Below are positions 1-7,528 of a DNA stretch of 38,580 nucleotides, piece after piece (positions within the stretch are counted from its first letter, which is position 1; each line of letters begins with the position of its first letter). The position numbers were made by a program, and so were the translations under genes. The DNA comes from a virus, in IMG/VR virus record IMGVR_UViG_3300045988_075530, positions 1-38,580 of that record; one strand, given 5' to 3'. The notes beneath the pieces were generated by a model. The model was given only the letters and a program-made list of their open reading frames with translations, had not been told where the DNA came from and did no database searches.

Positions 1-119
1 ACGAGCAAGGCAGAAGCCAAGAATTTGATGATAGGCAGATACGGACAGCCGGAGCTGATAAAAGGGGACATAGCAGTTTTAAAAACCAATGTTCCAACCA
101 ACATCATGTACAAAAAAGA
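1..119. repeat. Terminal overlap copy 1 (identical to 38462..38580)
   Basis: Direct base-by-base comparison of the two window ends. Confidence 0.95.
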
Positions 120-342
120 GGACATTCACACGGTTGCGATAGGACGGCGGCTAGAAAAAGGCAAAGAGGTAGTGTTTTACAGGCTCATGCGAGGTTCACA
201 CACCTACGACAGCCGGGAAATGAGTGAGCTAATCAAAGGCACGATACAGGAAGCGGAAGACTTAGGAATTGAAACGCTAACCCCAAGAGAATTGGAACAA
301 ATACTAGGAAAATGGAAGCCAAGAAAGGAAGAAGAAAAATGA
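1..342 (+). CDS. 3' part of the same junction-spanning NinB/Orf-like gene (first 119 nt duplicate the window end)
   Basis: Frame 1 is open from base 1 to TGA 340-342 and continues the 38237 ORF exactly. The ORF-track start at 25 (TTG) is internal. Confidence 0.6.
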   Translation, partial: TSKAEAKNLMIGRYGQPELIKGDIAVLKTNVPTNIMYKKEDIHTVAIGRRLEKGKEVVFYRLMRGSHTYDSREMSELIKGTIQEAEDLGIETLTPRELEQILGKWKPRKEEEK

Positions 343-1241
343 AAAAATTTGAATTAACAACAGAGCCTATTACAAACGAAGCTGGGAAAAAATTATTTAG
401 AATTAAGGCATTAATTGATTTTGGAGACGTGAAAGCCGGAGAGCTTGGCGGATACGTAGAGAAAGAGGGAAATGTATCCCAAGATGGCAATGCATGGGTT
501 TACGGCAATGCATGGGTTTTCGGCAATGCAAAGGTTTTCGGAAACGCATGGGTTTGCGGCGATGCAAAGGTTTGCGGCGATGCAAAGGTTTGCGGCGATG
601 CAAAGGTTTTCGGCAATGCACAGGTTTGCAGCAACGCATGGGTTTTCGGCAATGCACAGGTTTGCAGCAACGCACGGGTTTACGGCAATGCATGGGTTTT
701 CGGCAATGCACAGGTTTGCAGCAACGCAAAGGTTTGCGGCGATGCAGAGGTTTCCGGCAATACACAGGTTTCCGGCGATACACAGGTTTCCGACAACGCA
801 AAAGTTTACAACAATGCAGAGGTTACCGACAACGCAAAGGTTTATAACAATGCAAAGGTTACCGGAAACGCATGGGTTTGCGGCAACGCAGAGGTTTTCG
901 GCGATGCAAAGGTTTCCGGCAATGCACAGGTTTGCAGCAACGCATGGGTTTTTGGCAATGCAGAGGTTACCGGAAACGCAAAGGTTTCCGGCAATGCACA
1001 GGTGTCCGGTAATACAGATTACGCATTAGCACAGGGCTTCGGAACAAAATTCCGATGCACAACTTTTTATAGGGGCAAAAATAAAAAAATAATGGTTAAT
1101 TGCGGATGCTTCCATGGAAATTTAGAAAAATTTAGAAAACAGGTAAAAGAAACACGAAGTGGGAAAATAGCAAAAGAATACCTAATGATTGCCGATTTGA
1201 TGGAATATCATTTTGCAAGCGAGGATTCTAGGAATGAATAG
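339..1241 (+). CDS. Hexapeptide-repeat (predicted beta-helix/solenoid) protein with a small Cys/His C-terminal domain, function unknown
   Basis: ATG 339 overlaps the upstream stop (AATGA) and is preceded by aaggaag. There are 29 perfect-period G-N-A-x-V-x units followed by a roughly 70-aa tail containing VNCGCFHG. Confidence 0.85.
   Translation: MKKFELTTEPITNEAGKKLFRIKALIDFGDVKAGELGGYVEKEGNVSQDGNAWVYGNAWVFGNAKVFGNAWVCGDAKVCGDAKVCGDAKVFGNAQVCSNAWVFGNAQVCSNARVYGNAWVFGNAQVCSNAKVCGDAEVSGNTQVSGDTQVSDNAKVYNNAEVTDNAKVYNNAKVTGNAWVCGNAEVFGDAKVSGNAQVCSNAWVFGNAEVTGNAKVSGNAQVSGNTDYALAQGFGTKFRCTTFYRGKNKKIMVNCGCFHGNLEKFRKQVKETRSGKIAKEYLMIADLMEYHFASEDSRNE
486..1007 (+). repeat. 29 x 18-bp in-frame tandem repeat (consensus ggcaatgcaNNNgtttNc), with a degenerate 30th unit at 1008-1025
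   Basis: Counted unit by unit. Some neighbouring units are identical at DNA level (ggcgatgcaaaggtttgc). Confidence 0.95.
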
Positions 1242-1521
1242 CGTACTACAAACGAAAAAAGAGTGTTTTTTCTGCAAAACGACTAGAAATCTGCACAGAC
1301 ATCATGTCTTATATGGCAGTAGCAACAGAAAGCAAGCCGAAAAATATGGCTTTACAGTTTATTTGTGCTTGAATCATCATACCAACGGCGGAGAGGCAGT
1401 ACATCGCAATCCCAACGGACCGCTAGACAGGTACCTCAAGGAGCTGGCGCAGAAGTACTGGGAGGAGAACAACGGAACGAGGGAAGAATTTATCAAAACA
1501 TTTGGGAGGAATTACCTGTGA
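1234..1521 (+). CDS. Small HNH/zinc-finger protein, Ref-like (RecA-dependent nuclease family) candidate
   Basis: ATG 1234 overlaps the upstream stop. Motifs are CFFC...LHRHHVLYG...LCLNHH...VH and a C-terminal FIKTFGRNYL typical of short phage Ref-like proteins. Confidence 0.55.
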   Translation: MNSVLQTKKECFFCKTTRNLHRHHVLYGSSNRKQAEKYGFTVYLCLNHHTNGGEAVHRNPNGPLDRYLKELAQKYWEENNGTREEFIKTFGRNYL

Positions 1522-1859
1522 ACAAATTTAGAAATAAAAAGATTTTTACGAAAGATGGGAAGTTTGATAGCAAGAGAGAAATGCATCGTTATTTAGAATT
1601 GACGGCGATGCAAGAAGCAGGGGAAATTACAGGATTAGAGCGACAGGCTAGATACATCCTTATAGGTAGCCAGAAGCGAGAGGATGGCACTACAGAACGC
1701 CCTGTATCATACACAGCAGATTTCCGCTACACAGACAAGGAAGGGAAAATTGTTGTTGAGGATGTAAAATCCCCGCGCACAAGAAAAAATCCGGAATACA
1801 TCATCAAGAGAAAGCTGATGCTTGAACGGTATGGCATCACGATCAGGGAGGTGGCGTAA
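1518..1859 (+). CDS. DUF1064-type protein (putative Holliday-junction resolvase/nuclease of Firmicutes phages)
   Basis: GTG 1518 overlaps the upstream TGA. The sequence NKFRNKKIFTKDGKFDSKREMHRYLEL...YTADFRYTDKEGKIVVEDVKS matches the remembered DUF1064 pattern. The upstream part of the track ORF (from 1365) overlaps the previous gene. Confidence 0.7.
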   Translation: MNKFRNKKIFTKDGKFDSKREMHRYLELTAMQEAGEITGLERQARYILIGSQKREDGTTERPVSYTADFRYTDKEGKIVVEDVKSPRTRKNPEYIIKRKLMLERYGITIREVA

Positions 1860-2020
1860 TGAAAAAAACAGGAGACTCAGAAGCAAGAAAAGCGGCGAAA
1901 ATACTCAAGAAGTACTGCAACGAGCATAAATATTGCCGAAATTGCCTTTTTGCGGTAGGAAAGGAGGGCGCGGCTTGCCTGCTAGTAAATAAATTGCCGT
2001 TTGACTGGGTAAGATATTAA
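1859..2020 (+). CDS. Small Cys-containing hypothetical protein (53 aa)
   Basis: ATG overlaps the upstream TAA (TAATG). Translation is MKKTGDSEARKAAKILKKYCNEHKYCRNCLFAVGKEGAACLLVNKLPFDWVRY. It is below the ORF-track cutoff. Confidence 0.5.
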   Translation: MKKTGDSEARKAAKILKKYCNEHKYCRNCLFAVGKEGAACLLVNKLPFDWVRY

Positions 2021-2139
2021 AGCTGGACACCCTCCGGGGTTAAGGATAGATACACATTACAGAAACACGTTAACGGTTCCATGAGGAGCTATATGCCATT
2101 GATTCCTCCGGATTTATTCCGGAGGGGAAAGGAAAGAAA

Positions 2140-2337
2140 ATGAAAGTAGAAGAAAAAGTGGAATGGAAAGCAGCACAAAAACCCGTTGCTATTGTCGGCG
2201 CCGCGTTTATTACTGTTGACGGAGAATTAAAAGGGAAACCGTTAGCTATTGAAGTGAAAATGGATAGTGGGGAAACAGTTTTGTATGAGCGAATGATTGA
2301 CTATAACGATTTAGAGCAACTAAGAAAAGAGGGATAA
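2140..2337 (+). CDS. Hypothetical early protein (65 aa)
   Basis: ATG is preceded by ggaaaggaaag. It lies co-directionally in the early operon. Confidence 0.6.
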   Translation: MKVEEKVEWKAAQKPVAIVGAAFITVDGELKGKPLAIEVKMDSGETVLYERMIDYNDLEQLRKEG

Positions 2338-2339
2338 AA

Positions 2340-2648
2340 ATGCCATACGGGCTAAAAGATGAAGACTTTGATAAAATACAAAACAAAGTAGCGAAAAAAC
2401 TATATGAAATACCAAGCCTTGACCGAGCCACATTCTTGGTGGGATGCACAGAACAAGAGCTAAGGGAAGCAATGACCGAACTACGCAAAACACCTAAATC
2501 GAGGGGGAAAATTGAAGCCGTAGAAAGGGAATTGAGAAACAGAGGAAACAAAAACAAAAAAACAAAGTTTTTCCCAAGCGACTTGGCGGAAAAGAGATTT
2601 GTGAGGGAGTGGACGAAAGTGTGCGGAAGAATAAGGGGGAATGAATAA
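2340..2648 (+). CDS. Hypothetical early protein (102 aa), basic C-terminus
   Basis: Tightly packed, 2 nt after the previous stop. Confidence 0.6.
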   Translation: MPYGLKDEDFDKIQNKVAKKLYEIPSLDRATFLVGCTEQELREAMTELRKTPKSRGKIEAVERELRNRGNKNKKTKFFPSDLAEKRFVREWTKVCGRIRGNE

Positions 2649-2929
2649 TGACATTAGAAGAGGTGATTGGGATTTTAGAAAAGGATATACACACAGACCC
2701 ACCAAAAAGTGCAATTACGGCAAGAAAACATGATAAAGCCATATTGATGGCGCTCAAAGCATTGGAAAAGCAGATTTCCAAGAAACCTATTGAAAGATTC
2801 ACAGGCAATGAATATGTATGCGAGTGCCCGATTTGTCATGGCAGAACGTATACACCAAATGAAGTGGAGATTCAAAGTATTCAATATTGTTCTTGGTGCG
2901 GCCAGAAATTAGATTGGAGGCATAAATGA
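2648..2929 (+). CDS. Hypothetical zinc-ribbon protein (93 aa)
   Basis: ATG overlaps the upstream stop. It has CECPICHG ... CSWCG (two CxxC pairs). Confidence 0.6.
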   Translation: MTLEEVIGILEKDIHTDPPKSAITARKHDKAILMALKALEKQISKKPIERFTGNEYVCECPICHGRTYTPNEVEIQSIQYCSWCGQKLDWRHK

Positions 2930-3183
2930 GCGATAATACAATCGAACCGGATACATATATGGGTTTAGCACAACAATACATAAAAAATGAAATAAGTGAT
3001 GAGGAGTTTACGAAGCGGTGTAACCGACTGAAAAGGATACCAATGAAGACCTACGTAAGCATATCAGAAAAATTCATGCATGGTGAAATAAGCGAGGACG
3101 AATTTGTGGAGCAGTATAACTTATTGATTGAGCAGGAAGCTGAAAAGCACTGGGAACCGGTCGAACCACATGAGCATATATAA
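2926..3183 (+). CDS. Hypothetical acidic protein (85 aa) with an internal duplicated motif (EISDEEF / EISEDEF)
   Basis: ATGA overlap with the upstream gene. SD ggagg is present. Confidence 0.6.
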   Translation: MSDNTIEPDTYMGLAQQYIKNEISDEEFTKRCNRLKRIPMKTYVSISEKFMHGEISEDEFVEQYNLLIEQEAEKHWEPVEPHEHI

Positions 3184-3200
3184 AGGAGTGATAAGACTAT

Positions 3201-3398
3201 ATGAAACAGCTTAGCATCGAAGATATCAATCTTGATATAATTCCGATTAATGTACTGCAAGATGTTGATAAGCGAATAGCTGACTGGAGAGCAACCGGAG
3301 GCAAAGACTCCGATACATACATCCAGAATCAGTTGAGATATTTAAAACGAGTCGAGTTGATGGCAAACAACGCCGCGGATACGATCACATATTTTTAA
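3201..3398 (+). CDS. Hypothetical protein (65 aa)
   Basis: SD aaaggag lies 11 nt upstream of the ATG. Confidence 0.6.
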   Translation: MKQLSIEDINLDIIPINVLQDVDKRIADWRATGGKDSDTYIQNQLRYLKRVELMANNAADTITYF

Positions 3399-3496
3399 AC
3401 GGGAGGAAATAACAAATTTATTTGTAAAGCGAAAAAACGTATAGAAGCATGAAGGCAAGAAAAAAGAAATGAGTATATTTAAAAGGAGGAAGAAAG

Positions 3497-3814
3497 ATGT
3501 TAACTGCTGTATATGATACAAGGCGTTCTACCGACGCAATGGAAATTCAGAAGGATGCACAATATTTGAAAGAAGAAATGACTGGTTGTATATACAGGCA
3601 CTTTAAAGGAGGATTATATATCGTAACGGACGTTGTAGTAAATTCCGAGTCTCTTGAGATAGAAGTAATATACAAAGACTTTACACCTTCCCAGCTTGCA
3701 TGGAGTAGAAATTTAAAACAATTTTTTTCGGGAGTCAATACAACAAAGTACCCTGACGCGCTACAAAGAGTGAGGTTTAAAAAAGTTGGAAGAAACGGAG
3801 AGATAGAACGATGA
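3497..3814 (+). CDS. DUF1653-like protein
   Basis: SD aaaaggagg is present. The motif IYRHFKGGLYIVTDVVVNSESLEIEVIYKD matches the remembered DUF1653 core (YRHYKGGxY...HSET...V.Y). Confidence 0.65.
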   Translation: MLTAVYDTRRSTDAMEIQKDAQYLKEEMTGCIYRHFKGGLYIVTDVVVNSESLEIEVIYKDFTPSQLAWSRNLKQFFSGVNTTKYPDALQRVRFKKVGRNGEIER

Positions 3815-4113
3815 GTAACCCCAAACACGATTGGTACGGGCACGCAGTAAAACAGGTAAAAAAATACCCAGACAAGTTAATTGCAGAAAATACAGCTCAG
3901 TCAGCCCTGTGGATGTACGCTATCAACAAGGCGATAAAGCAGACAGAGGGCATGGACAACGGTGAGGACAGAATGAAAGCTGTACAGTTGGTGTATTTCG
4001 AGGATAGATACACGATAGCAGGGGCGGCGGATAAGCTCGGATATGCAGAAATGACTATACGCAGATGGCTTAGTGCTTTCGCCAATTTGGCTGGGAAATA
4101 TGCGGGATATTAG
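3811..4113 (+). CDS. Late-gene transcriptional activator candidate (RinA/ArpU/sigma-region-4-like HTH)
   Basis: It is the last gene before the packaging module. The C-terminal HTH is YTIAGAADKLGYAEMTIRRWLSAF. A strong terminator follows. Confidence 0.55.
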   Translation: MSNPKHDWYGHAVKQVKKYPDKLIAENTAQSALWMYAINKAIKQTEGMDNGEDRMKAVQLVYFEDRYTIAGAADKLGYAEMTIRRWLSAFANLAGKYAGY

Positions 4114-4142
4114 AGAGGGAGAATTATCTCCCTCTCTTTTTT
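4112..4142 (+). terminator. Rho-independent terminator ending the early operon
   Basis: An 11-bp perfect stem, agagagggaga / tctccctctct, with loop atta is followed by a T-run. Confidence 0.85.
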
Positions 4143-4460
4143 ATGTTTGTCTAACATGGCTTAAAAAATGTCGTACAATACACTTGTACGGACGAGTACT
4201 GGTAACTTTTTGTGAGAAATAACCTCCTCATCTTTTTGTGGTAAAAGTGTAAACTCTCACCCGCGTAAAAGAGAGTACGCAAGACGCCTATCCCACGGTG
4301 CCTTACGTTCCATACAGGTTGCGGGTCTACAAGTGTTTAGAGACCAGCCGCTTATTAGTCTTACCCCGGCGGCTGTTAAGGTGCAATTCCTTATACTTGT
4401 ATTTGAGTGTGTGTTCACTCAATGGGACAAAAATTTTTTTCATATTTTCTTTCCTTCCAT

Positions 4461-4492
4461 ATAACCCCGTAAACAATCCATTACGGGGTTAT
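4461..4492 (+). promoter_or_regulatory. 12-bp stem-loop immediately upstream of the terS SD (leader structure, no T-run)
   Basis: ataaccccgtaa acaatcca ttacggggttat. Confidence 0.6.
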
Positions 4493-4559
4493 GGTTGTAT
4501 TTAGGAGGTGACCCCAAAATGGGATAAGTAAATACCAGGAGTGGCTGACCCAAGAAGGG

Positions 4560-4970
4560 TTGCTAAAAATAGAGGGATGGGCGCGAGATGGATGCACAGA
4601 CAAAGAGATTGCGGCGAACATCGGCATCAACCCAGATACCTTGTATACATGGAAGAAAAAATTTCCAATTTTAGCCGATACCTTAAAAAAGGGAAAAGAT
4701 GTTGTGGATAGGCAGGTAGAAAAAAGCCTGTTACAACGGGCGTTAGGATACAGCTACGAGGAGACGAGCGAAAAGTACGAAGGCGGAGTAATGACGGAGC
4801 GAAAAGTAACAAAGAAGCACGTTGCGCCAGATACAACAGCACAAATATTTTGGCTAAAGAACAGGAAGCCAGAACAGTGGCGTGATAAGCCACAGTCAGA
4901 GAGTGCAAGCGACAAAGCACTGGCGAAAGCTATTGAGATTCTTGGGGGTGTCGATAGTGCCATTAACTAG
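4560..4970 (+). CDS. terS: Terminase small subunit (HTH type); true 5' end probably near 4519-4524 (see finding)
   Basis: IEGWARDGCTDKEIAANIGINPDTLYTWKKK is an HTH, and FWLKNRKPEQWRDK is a typical TerS C-terminal motif. It lies immediately upstream of terL. The frame is open back to 4512. Confidence 0.8.
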   Translation: MLKIEGWARDGCTDKEIAANIGINPDTLYTWKKKFPILADTLKKGKDVVDRQVEKSLLQRALGYSYEETSEKYEGGVMTERKVTKKHVAPDTTAQIFWLKNRKPEQWRDKPQSESASDKALAKAIEILGGVDSAIN

Positions 4971-6162
4971 CAAGCAAGCGGAATACTTACAAGGCTGTAA
5001 CCATCGTTGGAACGTAAAGACCGGGGCGACAGGCTCCGGGAAATCCTTTGTTGACTACGCAATCGTAATTCCTCAACGCCTGACGCACCTAAAAGGATTA
5101 GGTTTGGCTGTGATGTTGGGAAACACTAGAGGCACGCTACAACGTAACATACTTGACCCCATGCGAGAGATTTGGGGAGAAGAGCTAGTTGGCGAGATAC
5201 GCAGCGACAACACAGTGCAGTTATTTGGCAAAAAAGTATATGCATTAGGTGCTGACAACAAGAAGCACGTTGCAAGGATACAGGGAGCGACGATTGAGTA
5301 TGCATACGGCGATGAGGTAACGACGTGGAATCAAGAAGTATTTGAGATGTTAAAATCTCGTCTCAGAACGTCGCACAGTCATTTTGATGGGACGTGCAAC
5401 CCGGCGGGACCGAAACACTGGTTCAAAGGCTTTCTGGATTCCGATGCAGATATATTCCAGCAGGCGTACAACATACACGATGGCTGCCTACCTCCGGAGG
5501 TAGTGGACGAGCTAATAAAAGAGTACTCCGGGACACACAGGTATCAACGATACATACTAGGCAACTGGGCAGTAGCCGAAGGACTTGTGTACGATATGTT
5601 TTCTGAGGAAAGACATGTCTGTAAAGCAAAGACTAGCGGAGAGATAATTGTTAGCTCCGACTTTGGTATGCAGAACGCTACCGTCTTCCTAGTCTGGCAG
5701 AAACGAGTAGATACTGGCAACTGGCACTGCATAAAAGAGTACTACTACTCAGGCAGAGAAAACAACCGAATGAAACCGGTCAGCGAGCTAGTAAAAGGAC
5801 TAGAGGACACGCTAAACGGGCAGAAAGATGATTTGGTGATTGTTGACCCATCCGCCGCCGCTCTCATCGTGGAGTTACGCAGTAGAGGGCATAAGGTCAA
5901 AAAGGCGGATAACACTGTTAACGATGGGATAGCAGACGTTGAGACGATGTTGACACAAGACAAATTATCGTTTGACCCGTCTTGCACGCACACGATCGAG
6001 GAGTTTGGCATTTATGCATGGGACCCAATAGCGGCTGACAAAGGCAGGGATGCAGTCATAAAACAGTCAGACCACGCAATGGATGTTATCAGGTATTTTG
6101 TAAAAACATTAAAACTCGTCAAGCGCAGCCGAACAAGACAATACAAATCAATTCTGGGGTGA
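4957..6162 (+). CDS. terL: Terminase large subunit (PBSX/XtmB-like)
   Basis: Walker A is KTGATGSGKS. Size and position fit. GTG 4957 is preceded by gggggtg. The track start at 4882 would overlap terS by 89 nt. Confidence 0.93.
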   Translation: MPLTSKQAEYLQGCNHRWNVKTGATGSGKSFVDYAIVIPQRLTHLKGLGLAVMLGNTRGTLQRNILDPMREIWGEELVGEIRSDNTVQLFGKKVYALGADNKKHVARIQGATIEYAYGDEVTTWNQEVFEMLKSRLRTSHSHFDGTCNPAGPKHWFKGFLDSDADIFQQAYNIHDGCLPPEVVDELIKEYSGTHRYQRYILGNWAVAEGLVYDMFSEERHVCKAKTSGEIIVSSDFGMQNATVFLVWQKRVDTGNWHCIKEYYYSGRENNRMKPVSELVKGLEDTLNGQKDDLVIVDPSAAALIVELRSRGHKVKKADNTVNDGIADVETMLTQDKLSFDPSCTHTIEEFGIYAWDPIAADKGRDAVIKQSDHAMDVIRYFVKTLKLVKRSRTRQYKSILG

Positions 6163-6167
6163 TAATA

Positions 6168-7526
6168 ATGTATTTATCATATCAAGATTTCATTGCCGCA
6201 AAAGACAAAGGGCAATTTATAAATCAGTTTATAAAATTCCACGAGAGTACAGAAGCATACAAAGAGGCGTTAAAAGCGGACAAGTACGATGCACAGGAAA
6301 ACGAGACTATTTTACAGTTCCAGCGCGTCTATTACACTTTGTTGGGTCAGAAAAAGATAGATAATTTTTCGTCTAACGCACAGATATGCTCTAATTTCTT
6401 TCACAAATTAAATACACAGCGCTGTTCGTACAGCCTGGGAAACGGTGTCTTTTTTAATGACATGGGTGTCAAAGATAAACTAGGCAAACAATTCGACAGA
6501 CGGATTAAAGAGGCGGCTTACAACGCATTAATTCACGGTCAATCTTTCCTTTTTTGGAATGTAGACCACGTGCACGAATTTCCCCTTACGCAGTTCGCCC
6601 CGATGTGGGACGAGGACACAGGGGCGTTGATGGCGGGCATAAGATTCTGGCAACTGGACGAGCAGAAACCATTTAAGGTTGTGCTGTACGAAGTAGACGG
6701 CTACACAACCTACAGCGCAAAAAGCAAATTTGGAGAATTAAAAGAGACCGCTCCTAAACGAGCATACAGGCAAAGAGTTGAGGTTGCTAATAATTTGGAA
6801 CCCGAAATCATCGGGGAAGAAAATTATAGTTCCCTCCCTATTGTGCCGATGTTTGGCAACAAAAGGCATATAAGCACCTTGAGGGGGATGCAGTCAAAGA
6901 TTGATGCTTACGATGCGGTGCAAAGTGGTTTTGCCAATGATTTGGACGACTGTGCACAGATGTATTGGCTCATTTCCAATGCTGACGGTATGACAGATGA
7001 TGAGCTGGCGGAGTTTAGAGACCGGCTCAAGTTTCAGCATATCGCAAAGGCCGAGGAAGGGCAGGTACAGGCATACACACAAGAGCCGCCGTATACCGCC
7101 AGAAAAGAGTTTCTCACGCAGATGCGGTCAGAAATTTATGAGGACTTCGGGGCGCTGGATGTACACACCATAGCCGCCGGAGCAACAAACGACCATATCG
7201 ACGCGGCATACCAGCCACTAGACGACAATGCAGATGATTTTGAGTACTTCGTAGGCGATGCGATTGAGAAAATTCTGGAGCTTGCGGGGATTGATGACGA
7301 ACCGCAATTTAAGCGGAACAGAATCAGTAACGAGAAAGAGCGTACAGATATGATTCTTGAGGCAGCAAACTATCTGGACGAAGAAACCATCCTAAAAAAA
7401 TTACCGTTTGTCGCACCAGAGGAAGTGCCGGACATTTTGGCAAAGCTAGACGAAGAATCATATAACCGCTACACGGAGCCGATTGAACCCGATGCGCCGG
7501 AAGATATCCCGGAAGGGGATGAATAA
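6168..7526 (+). CDS. Portal protein (SPP1 gp6-like)
   Basis: It directly follows terL, is about 450 aa, and has a highly acidic C-terminus. ATG 6168 (alternative GTG 6159). Confidence 0.85.
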   Translation: MYLSYQDFIAAKDKGQFINQFIKFHESTEAYKEALKADKYDAQENETILQFQRVYYTLLGQKKIDNFSSNAQICSNFFHKLNTQRCSYSLGNGVFFNDMGVKDKLGKQFDRRIKEAAYNALIHGQSFLFWNVDHVHEFPLTQFAPMWDEDTGALMAGIRFWQLDEQKPFKVVLYEVDGYTTYSAKSKFGELKETAPKRAYRQRVEVANNLEPEIIGEENYSSLPIVPMFGNKRHISTLRGMQSKIDAYDAVQSGFANDLDDCAQMYWLISNADGMTDDELAEFRDRLKFQHIAKAEEGQVQAYTQEPPYTARKEFLTQMRSEIYEDFGALDVHTIAAGATNDHIDAAYQPLDDNADDFEYFVGDAIEKILELAGIDDEPQFKRNRISNEKERTDMILEAANYLDEETILKKLPFVAPEEVPDILAKLDEESYNRYTEPIEPDAPEDIPEGDE

Positions 7527-7528
7527 CC

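Noticed and set aside
486-1007. Possible CRISPR array or iteron set, because of the regular short repeats.
   Set aside because: The units are contiguous, with no spacers. They are exactly 18 bp, in frame and inside a CDS with strong codon-position-specific conservation. It is a protein-coding tandem repeat.
403-1029. Long ORFs in other frames or on the other strand across the repeat array (403..801 minus, 472..1029 plus, 494..847 plus).
   Set aside because: They are by-products of the 18-bp periodic sequence, which lacks stop codons in several frames. They have no SD, their arginine/histidine/cysteine-rich translations are repeat echoes, and they overlap the well-supported 339..1241 gene.
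4298-4504. 68-aa + strand ORF in the terS leader.
   Set aside because: It has a non-ATG start and no SD. It runs through the hairpins, and its product is low-complexity (Leu/Arg/Tyr rich). The region is more likely non-coding.
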